From Octopus vulgaris (lineage: Eukaryota), in the NCBI GenBank assembly GCA_951406725.2, contig OX597826.1, forward strand, positions 35,960,001-36,024,000: DNA of 64,000 nt, given 5' to 3'. Of this stretch, positions 54,355 through 64,000 are shown one piece after another. How positions within the stretch are numbered: position 1 is the stretch's first letter; each line of letters starts with the position of its first letter. Position numbers and translations under genes: made by a program. The notes under the pieces are model-generated. The model was not told the DNA's origin. It searched no databases and saw nothing but the letters and a program-made list of their open reading frames with translations.

Positions 54355-55530
54355 ATATGCAAGTAGACAAATGAAAGAAGGGAACTCAACACATTTTTAG
54401 GGAGTTACATGTATAGATCAAAACAGTTTGATTCAGACTTCTTGGTACTCTGAGTTTCAAGTGCATTGCTAGTCTTCAGCCTCTGGGGTCTGAATGAGAG
54501 TTTAACTGAAGAGAGTCAACGTTTACAACTGGATGTTAGCCTGTGAGTGGTCGAGAAAGGTCACATGGTATAGCGGTTTGATGTTAGTATTTCAGTAGCA
54601 ACAATTAGTTGGAAAATACTGCATGGTGAATAGGAAATTGACCATGTGATGAACAGGAAATAGACTGCATGATGGACAAGATACCAGTCGTTTGGTCGGG
54701 GAGGAGTAAGTAGGGGCAGTAGATGTTGGGGTATATATGTATACATGTACATGTATATGCCCATGTATCTATGTGTATGCATCCATACTTATATGAGTGT
54801 GTGTGTGCTTAGATGCACATTCACAGATCCATACGTGTGCAACACACACACATGAAGTTACACATGCACACACAAGCATGCAAGTATACACACACACATA
54901 CATACACACATGCACACATTTACCTCCATGAACATATGCACATGAGCACATGCACACACACAGAGGTGCACATGTATATGGGCATGCATGCATGAACACC
55001 TGCATACACCCATGCACACACATCTGTATGCATGTATACAGTGAGCAGATGCATATATGCAGTCATGTACAGACACACATGCATATACTTGTGTGGTTAT
55101 GCACAACGGATGATGTAGAAGGGGGTGAGAGAACGTTGGTAGACAGGTATGGAGAAGTGCAGGGGTTTGGTGATTTGCAATACTGTTCATGGGGTTTAAT
55201 TTCTGATGGGGACTTTGGTGCAGGTGGTACCAGGGGTGGATGGCACTAAGTAGGTACATCTGGATTGTCGGTAACCAGTGACCTGAAATTTACCAGAAGC
55301 ATGTACATCTGGTGACAACAAGATGCTACCACATATTTCTTGTTGATGGATACTGCATGTTGACAGATGATATGCAGATTTTCTTGGAGGCACGGCTGGC
55401 AATTAGGGACACCGACTGGATATGGTGGTGCCCTGTTGATAATAGTCCACTTGATGCTGAGTGTTTCATCTCAGATGTGATGAAGTCTCCAGAGAAAGCG
55501 TGACAGGAAAGTTCTCTCTGTCCCTGAATC
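54355..55530 (-). mobile_element. PLE 3' fragment (Naiad-like GIY-YIG C-terminus, UTR and hammerhead)
   Basis: 55285-55530 translates as SIKWTIINRAPPYPVGVPNCQPCLQENLHII...SINKKYVVASCCHQMYMLLVN. Hammerhead relic at 54444-54481. Confidence 0.8.
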
Positions 55531-55556
55531 TAAATGAATGCACATGCTGGGAATAT

Positions 55557-55590
<34 letters not shown>

Positions 55591-55592
<2 letters not shown>

Positions 55593-55778
55593 GGGAGAGG
55601 TTACGAAAAAAAAACATAAGATGAAGACAGGTGGTGTACAAAACAAACAGATGTATTAGTATAACGCTCAGGAATAGAAAAAGTCTTTTACGTTTTGAGC
55701 CTACACTCTTCTACAGAAAGGGACACAGAAAAAACAAGGAGAGAAAAAAATGTGTGTAGTGGCTAACGATCTATCATG
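55591..55778 (-). mobile_element. Second copy of the 37651 cassette in (TA)n
   Basis: Near-identical sequence. The hammerhead GAAA has decayed to AAAA. Confidence 0.8.
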
Positions 55779-56094
55779 TATATATATGTATATATATGCA
55801 GGTGTTATTCATTCAGTTTGTTAAATATGTTTTGTTGTTTTGGTTTATGTGTGAAGTTCAGCTCTCTTCTGCTTCTGCCAGGAACAAAATGCTGTGTATA
55901 CAGTCTGTTAAGTGGTTAGCATCAGGAAGGTCCATCCAACCATGGAATCAAAGCCTAATAATGAAACCAACAAGACAAATGCGATATTTTATCCCATCTA
56001 GCAGAGTAAAAATAACCTGTTCGGCCCTTGCCAGTATGGAATGGAAATGTTAAATTGCCAATGACAATCAATGTCAATTACAATAATGAGAATA

Positions 56095-56138
<44 letters not shown>

Positions 56139-56403
56139 ATGTGTTAGTATGATTCATATCTCGAAGTTTTCATTTTTATTTCAAGTATCACTTTTCTTAT
56201 ATTTATTTTCATTGTTGTTTTTCTTTTATTATTACTTCTTCAGAAAAATGGTTTTCATTTTCTTTCAAGCTTCTTTAAAATACTTTTTGCATATTTAAAA
56301 TTAATTGTTTAAATTTTAAAACAGAAACCTGCATATACATATATAGATGTGTATATGTTTGCACGTGCATAAATAGATATATATACATAAACACACACAT
56401 GAT

Positions 56404-56444
<41 letters not shown>

Positions 56445-56574
56445 TTATATATACATACATGTACATATATGTATATATATATAAGTATATATATAATAAA
56501 CATACTATCATTGTCATGGCTATCCCGTGAGATTGAGGATAATAGTCTTTGTTTAATATATATATATATATATC

Positions 56575-56930
56575 ATCACCATCATCATCATCATTTAACG
56601 TCCGTTTTCCATGCTAGCATGAATTGGACGGTTCGACCGGGTTCTGGGAAGCCAGGAGGCTGCACCATGCTCCAATCTGATCTGGCAGTATTTCTACAGC
56701 TGAATGCCCTTCCTAATGCCAACCTTTCCGTGAGTGTAGTGGGTGCTTTCTACGTGCCACCGGCATGGGTGCCATGCGAGGCTGGCAATGGCCACAATCG
56801 GTTGGTGCTTTTTACTTGCCCCCGTCATGGTGGCCAGTCGAGGTGGTGCTGGCAACGACCACATTCAGATGGATCTTTTTACGTGCCACCGGTACTGGTA
56901 TCACAACTACAATTTCCATTGATTTTTGAT
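56575..56930 (-). mobile_element. Family C repeat with internal ~55-bp subrepeats
   Basis: TACGTGCCACCGG repeated, with a (CAT)n tail. Confidence 0.82.
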
Positions 56931-56959
56931 CGATACAAATGTATGTATATAGGCATATA

Positions 56960-57345
56960 GGTGCAGGCGTGGCTGTGTGGTAAGTAGTTTGCTTACCAAC
57001 CACATGGTCCTGGGTTCAGTCCCACTGCATGGCACCTTGGGCAAGTGTCTGCTACTATAGCTTCGGGCTGACCAAAGCCTAGTGAGTGGATTTGGTTGAT
57101 GGAAACTGAAAGAAGCCCATTGTATATGTATGTGTGTGTATATGTTTGTGTGCCTGTTTGTCCCCACAACATCACTTGACAATTGATGCTGGTGTGTTTA
57201 CGTCCCCGTAACTTAGCAGTTCAGTAAAAGAGACTGATAGAATAAGGACTAGGCTTACAAAGAATAAGTCCTGGAGTTGATTTGCTCAACTAAAGGTGGT
57301 GCTCCAGCATGGCCACAGTTAAATGATGGAAACAAGTAAAAGAGT
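56960..57345 (+). mobile_element. Full-length SINE family A
   Basis: GGTGCAGGCGTGGCTGTGTGGTAAG head through AAACAAGTAAAAGAGT tail. Confidence 0.92.
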
Positions 57346-58045
57346 GTGCGTGTGTGTGAGTGAGTGTGAGATATTCAAATTACCTCGTTTGTTATAATTG
57401 CTTCTTAAACAGTGTTTAAAAATCTTGATATTTACAAGATGAAAATAAAAAAAAAGATGAATAAATGCAAAATTAATTCAAAAGAAACAAAAAGAATTAA
57501 ATATGCTAAAAATCAGGAAAGAAAGAATTGTGGGAAATAAAAAAAAATGATATAAATTAAATGAAACCTGAACAAAACATAAAAATAACATAAAATGCAT
57601 AAAAAAAAGAAAAAACAAGTTTTATTATTTTTTAGATATTGAAGTAAGTGAAAAATATCCCATAGCAATGCAGCAATTATTGTTGTCATTAGCAACAGCA
57701 GCAGCAGTACTATCATGAATACCATTATCTCTCTTACTGTCATCCTTCCCTACCTCCATCTCCTCCTCATTGTTATTATTATCATCATCACCGATTTCAT
57801 CACCATCCTCGTGATCATCATGATCGTCATCAACATTATCATCACCATTGCCGTTGTCATCGTCATCATCATCATTATCATCATCATCGTCGTTGTCATT
57901 ATCATCATCATCGTCATCATCATCCTCATTATAAACATCATTGTCGTCATCGTCTTCATCATCATCATCATCATCATCACCATCATCATCGTCATCATCA
58001 TCATTATCAACGTCATCGTTGTCGTTATCATCATCATCGTCATCG

Positions 58046-58116
<71 letters not shown>

Positions 58117-58332
58117 TGTTCTACTGCCATCACTATGGGAGTGTACTTTGAAATAAATGTTCTGAAAACTCTGTAATATCTGACAACTATGTAAGGTACT
58201 TTAATTGATAAGTATCATAATAAACTGAAAATTAATTAGTGATTAGCCTTGAAGATTCTACAAAAGGAGAGAAAAAAAGACAATAAAAAATAAATATTAA
58301 AAATAATAATAATGATGATGATGATAATAATA

Positions 58333-58540
58333 TTGGTTTCAAATTTTGGCAAAAGTTTTGAAGGGAGGGGAAGTCGCTTACATCAACCCCAGTGGTCAAC
58401 AGGTACTTATTTTATCAACCCCCAAAGGATGAATAACAATGTCAAACTTGGCAGAATTTGAACACAGAATGTAAAGATGGACAAAATGTTGCTAAGCATT
58501 CTGCCCAGCATGCCAACACATCTGCCCACTTGCTGCCTTA
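58333..58540 (-). mobile_element. SINE family B variant between TAA tracts
   Basis: Similarity to other family B copies. Confidence 0.8.
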
Positions 58541-58564
58541 ATGACTATATAAATAATAATAATG

Positions 58565-58625
<61 letters not shown>

Positions 58626-58637
58626 TAATGATAATGA

Positions 58638-59020
58638 TAGGGTTAATTGTGAAAGAAAGCAAATGATGCTGGATCATTGGTATAGGATGCCCAGCTGACT
58701 ACAAGGTATGCGATAAGGATGAAAGAAATGTCAATAGATATGAGAGGTTAGCTTGGGAGGTTAAGCAGTTGTGGTCACTGAAAAAGGTGGGAGTAGTACT
58801 AATAATTGCTGGAGCCCTGGCAACAGTGAGTAAAATCTTGAGAAGTACATAGAACAAATAGGGGTTGAAATAAGGGTGGAGCAATTGCAGAAAACAGCAC
58901 TGCTTGGAACTGCTCGAATACTCCAGAAGGTGCTCGAAAAACAAGAGGTGTTACCTTAGTTCACTGGTAGTGAACAGCTGACACCATCGTCCATCTCCAG
59001 CATTAAAAGCTGTGGAAAGA
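58638..59020 (+). mobile_element. R4/Dong-type LINE 3' end in (TAA)n
   Basis: CPADYKV..YERLAWEVKQLWSLKKV..GAL..LQKTALLGTARILQKVLE, a short 3' UTR, then TAA repeats. Confidence 0.88.
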
Positions 59021-59061
59021 AAATAATAATAATAATAACAGCAAAATAATACTAATGATAA

Positions 59062-60345
59062 TTTCTTTATTGGCCACAAAACATTTAGAGACAATACAAA
59101 AGAAGGGACAAATGGAGTTTAAAACAGAAAAATATGTAAACAAAAAAAAACAGTTAACAACATCAAAAATTAAACAAAATTCCCCAAAAGTGGTGAGTTC
59201 CACCCAAGGTTAACCAGGGTACTCCACACCTTCTGGTGACCCCAACTGCCAAGGGCATGCCAGATAGGTACCCCTCTTCCCCTTGACTGCTCTGGCTTAC
59301 AGATGAATATTCAGAGTAGGCCCATTCACATGAACCATTTTCGCAACATTCACCCACCTTTCAACAACCTTAAGGAGAGGTGGGCCAGTACTTCCCTCTC
59401 TACCCTCACTTTCCTTTACTAGTGGAACTTGTAAAAGTCGATAAGGGCTCGGCTGAAGAGTAAAGTGTCTGTCTTCAGTCCTTTCATCCTTGTCCACCTT
59501 GTCTACCACACCTCTTTCACTATAACCACCAGGCAGAAGAAAACTGCTTTTCCCTACTGGCCAAAAGAAGGCGGAGGGGCGATCCTCAAAATGGACTCGG
59601 CTGATAACTGGATCTCTCCTACGCTTGACAACAGCTGTCTGACAAAGTTCCACTGGTCAGTAATGCACGAACACTGGACGAGTGCATGCAGAACAGTTTC
59701 ATCGCCCTGCACACACCTCAAACACGTCCGTTTGACAGCACTTCTGTGTCTGTAGAGCTTTCTTGAACCAGCACAACTCCCCGCTAGCACTGCCAGGCCA
59801 GGGATTTCTGGAATTTATCCATAAGCCCTGGCCCAAAAGTTGTCCAGAAAAGACCAGTTAGTTGATCCCTCTCAATGCCCAGAGTTTCCCCAAGTACATT
59901 ATCGCACTTTCCCTCCACTAATCCTCTATGGAACTCCATGGTGGAACTTTCACCGATCATGTTGTCCAAAAGGCAGAAGGCCATGAGCACTTGCCAACAC
60001 TCCAGGTGCTATTACTTTGAACTTTTCCACCCTTCCTGTTCTCCTCCTCCTTTCCTGTACTGTTGTCAGGCAGGGCAATTGTTTTCTTTAACTCTTCCAA
60101 GATGTGTTCTGTCATCTTGTTCATTTATATTGGATTAAAACGTCCACCAAATTTATTTGGCGTCGAATATATCCCCATTAGGGGATAAACGAACACAGGA
60201 ACCCAACGCCAGGTCCCTAGTGTCTCTGTTATCAAACTGGAACAATGTTTAAACGGAAAAAAACGGCAACAAACAGGTGTAAACAAAAGTTTTCAACAAG
60301 ACATATTTCAGGCGATCGAAAGTATGTCTGTTGTATTCAGCAGTA
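59062..60345 (-). mobile_element. Tx1/L1-type LINE derivative (zf-RVT C-terminus plus 3' UTR)
   Basis: KLYRHRSAVKRTCLRCVQGDETVLHALVQC is a CX2C..ET..H...C zinc knuckle. T-rich 3' UTR with AATAAA. Confidence 0.82.
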
Positions 60346-60434
60346 AATATACTACTGCTACTACTACTACTACTACTAATAATAATAATAATAATGATAA
60401 TAATAATGATAATAATAACAATAATAACGATAAA

Positions 60435-61025
60435 GTGGAGGAGCATCATAGCCATGTCTTATGAGAAATTCTTTCGGGTATGGGTTAGGGATAATTCACC
60501 TTTGGAAACATGGGTGTTTTGTTCATCATCCTTAAACAACCCTTATTCAGGGACCTTTTGAGTGGGATGGGCTACTTAACCCCCAAAAAATTCTAACTGG
60601 GCCCCACCTGTAAGGTCATGTGCTGTTAATTTTGATATGAGATCACCATGTCCTGCAAATATGGTTGTGATGCATGTGCCTGATGTACCCAAATGAGACA
60701 GGTAGTCATGATGGGTATATTGGGCTTCGTATATTTTACCCTAGTGTCACTTTGACGGCATGCACTGCTCTTTCACTCAATAATAATAATAATATATGTC
60801 TTGATGTATTACCAGGCAGTGGCTCTCATGGCTTCTGATCTTAACTGATTGGAAGTGTTATCATGTACATGTTTTTTGTTGGTATAAAAGATGGGCTACA
60901 GCAAATATTCTGCTCAGTGCCACAGATTTGCCATGCTCAGATGCAGTACCAAGCAGTAGCTTTGATGGCTTCTTATCTTATCTTATTGGAAGTGTTATCA
61001 ACCCTTATTCAGGGACCTTTTGAGC
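60435..61025 (+). mobile_element. Family D repeat: 3' half with (TAA)n tail, then two 5' fragments
   Basis: Reverse complement of parts of 62755-63318. Confidence 0.82.
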
Positions 61026-61876
61026 TGCAAACTGGCAGATTTACAAGGTCGCTGGCTAATTACCTAGAATGTCATGCTTGCAACGTATTTGAGATCCCTG
61101 AATCTTTGTCCCCTTATTCTAATTCTGGCCACTACTCTTTCAATATCCCCTTCTTTCATTACTGATTAGTTCACAATAGTGAAATCTAGTTTTGTTATTT
61201 TCAAGTGAATGGAAACAAAATATAGTGACATATTTTTTTCTAATGACAACGGTAAATGGTTATGTTCAAAATATGAAGGTGTTGGTAGTAGTGGTAGTGA
61301 TAAAGGAAAAAAGCTATCCAACATTATCACTATTCCTTTGGGGCATCACCAATAAGAGCACCAGCCTTTTTAGCTTCAACTACACTACCATGGCTGCGTT
61401 TACCAACTTCAACATTACTTTCATCTTCTTTACTTATATAGAAAACAGTGATTATTGCATTCACTGATATAGGGAATAGCCACTGAGCTGAATAAACTCT
61501 CTGAGCATGCAATTAAAACAGCATAAATTTAAATAACCATCCATGTATTATACTTAATGTATATGGACCATTAACTGGCATGTTGCTGTTGCTGTTAGAG
61601 TGGAGTGGGAGATTTTGTCTAGGTATGGAACTAGCAAGTACACTACCTTAACAAGTCTGAAGGGAGCTGAACAATGTCTGGCGTTATTGTGGGTGATGAC
61701 TGAGATACTTTTTGTCTCACTCCAATGCATATTTTGTTTTCAACATAGCATATCTATGAAGAGATTTTCTCTCTGACAAAAAAAACACAACACAGCATCA
61801 TGCCTATCTATGGTTTATATATTTAAATATGAAATATCTCTCTCCCTCCCCCTCTTTCTCTCTCTCTCTCTCTCTC

Positions 61877-61920
<44 letters not shown>

Positions 61921-61943
61921 TATATGGAATATATATATATACA

Positions 61944-62028
<85 letters not shown>

Positions 62029-62754
62029 GGTTGAATATTCAATACTTCTCGAGATGTATATTTTCCATTTTTAATTTGGAAACAATCATGGCTAAAGCAG
62101 AAAGGGGGTTGGGGGAGAGAGGGAGGGAGAAAGAAGACAGAAAGAGGGGTGGAGTGAGTTTCATATTCCTCCTGCTTTCGCTGACAGACTGAAATCTATT
62201 TCATCAGAATGGAAGAATTACTTATCACTTCCATGTATGTCTGACAAATTCAATAGACTTTTTCTCTGAAATATGCAAGATTAATAAAAGTTTATAACTG
62301 TGAGATTGTAATTTAACACAACGAAATATGAAAAAGGCAAAGGAAAAAAAAGCAGAAAGAAAAAAGATTAACGTATCAAATTTGGCAGTGAGAACTATTT
62401 CAATCATCTTAACAGCAAAACTCATCTTTTTCATCTGATTATTTGCATAAAGGAAAGCATTATCATTATTATTATTATTATTATCATCATCATTATCATT
62501 ATAAGTAGTAGTAGTAGAGGCATTATTATTATTAATCATGTATCATTAATGTTACTATTCTTCCTGTTACTAATAATGCAGTGAGCTGGAAGAATCACAG
62601 TTCTTTGCATTCTGAGTTCAAATTCCACCAAAGTTGACTTAGCCTGTCATGCTTTTGAGCTTGATAAAACAAGTACCAGTGGATCCCTGGGTCTGTTGTA
62701 ATTGATTCACCCCCAAAGTTTCCAGCCCTGTGCCAAAAGTTTGAAGCATTTAAT

Positions 62755-63318
62755 ATTATTATTATTATTATTGAGAGAGCAGTGCATGCCATCAAAGTGA
62801 CACTGGGGTAAAATGTACGAAACCCAGTATACCCATCATGACTATGTGTCTGATAAGGGTACACTAGGCACATGCATCCCAACCATATGTGCACAACATG
62901 GTGATCTCATATCAAGATAAACAGCACATGACCTTGCAGGTGGGGCCCAGTTAGAATTTTCTTCTGGTTGAGTAACCCATCCCACTCAAAATGTTCCTGA
63001 ATAAGGATTGTTTAAGGATGTTGAACGAACCACCCATGTTTCCAAAGGTGAATTATCCAAACCTCCAAGAATCCCTCTCAACACATGGCTATGATGCTCT
63101 CCCACTACTTCTGCTCGTGATCAAAGATGCACATATTGTCAGCCACTAAGGGACATGCTCAACTGGTTAAGGTCAAACAACTGACAAGCAAATCTGTGGT
63201 ATTGAGCAGAATATCTACTGTAGCCCATCTTTTATACCAAGTCAAAACAAAGTACATGATAACACTTCCAATCAGTTAAGATCAGAAGCCATGAGAGCCA
63301 CTGTCTAGTACAGCATCA
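62755..63318 (-). mobile_element. Full-length family D repeat (~550 bp, TAA-tailed)
   Basis: Contains both halves seen at 60435-60930. Flanked by TTA tracts. Confidence 0.85.
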
Positions 63319-63350
63319 TCATCATCAACATCATCATTATTATTGTTATT

Positions 63351-63415
<65 letters not shown>

Positions 63416-63615
63416 CAATCATATATTACTGTTGTTACTATTATTGCTATTACTAATAAGGTGGTAAGCTGGTAGAATCATTTCCAAAAACACTTTTGCT
63501 GTGTTTCTTCTGACTCTTTACAGTCTGAGTTCAAATCCTGCTGAGATCTATCTTGCCATTCATCCTTAAGGGTTTGATAAAATAAAGGATAACTATTATT
63601 ATTATTATTATTATT

Positions 63616-64000
63616 CAGTAGTTTTATTTTTATAGCGTGCTTTCACTTCACTACCGAGCGCAGCTCTGTGTGCCTTGGGTATGTGCTGTGATTTGTTGTG
63701 ATGCTCTGATGGTTATTGTATGGAAAGTGTTCTGCGTAGGATGTGTGCAGTGCCTAGTAGTGCAATTTTCTGTATGTTATATGTGTTTGTAAGTCCTGGT
63801 GTTTTTGTTATGTATTTGTCTGAATATTTTTTTATCATGCCTAATGCACCTACTATGATAGGAATTGTTTCTGTTTTCAGATTCCACATTCTAGTTACCT
63901 CTATTTCCAGGTCTTTGTATTTTGAGAGTTTCTCCATTTCTTTTAGAGACACGTTGTCATCTGCCAGTATTGATACATCAATTAGAAAGCATTTTTTTTC
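63616..64000 (-). mobile_element. R4/Dong-type LINE 3' end (second family), open frame running to the window edge
   Basis: IDVSILADDNVSLKEMEKLSKYKDLEIEVTRMWNLKTETIPIIVGALG..QKIALLGTAHILRRTLSIQ*. Ends in (TAA)n. Confidence 0.92.

Noticed and set aside
56960-57035. tRNA gene
   Set aside because: The A/B boxes belong to SINE heads, and there is no full cloverleaf.

Overview
AT-rich, repeat-saturated animal DNA, either intronic or intergenic. The SINE, LINE and microsatellite repertoire resembles octopus/coleoid cephalopod genomes (inference). No intact protein-coding gene is supported, and almost all listed ORFs are microsatellite or transposon artefacts. The window holds dense (TA)n, (CA)n, (GAT)n, (TAA)n and (TAG)n arrays and at least five recurrent SINE-like families. 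It also carries decayed LINEs (CR1, RTE, R4/Dong-type, Tx1/L1-type), Tc1/mariner and pogo relics, several fold-back elements, and Penelope-like element (PLE) remnants. Two PLE fragments resemble the Naiad clade. The most notable signals are: (i) about six unrelated minimal type-I hammerhead-ribozyme motifs in short PLE-type cassettes embedded in (TA)n tracts; (ii) a near-perfect 108-bp-arm palindrome with an 8-bp tandem-repeat loop; and (iii) a (TAA)n tract that acts as a landing site for several retroelement families. All calls were made by eye, and boundaries are approximate.
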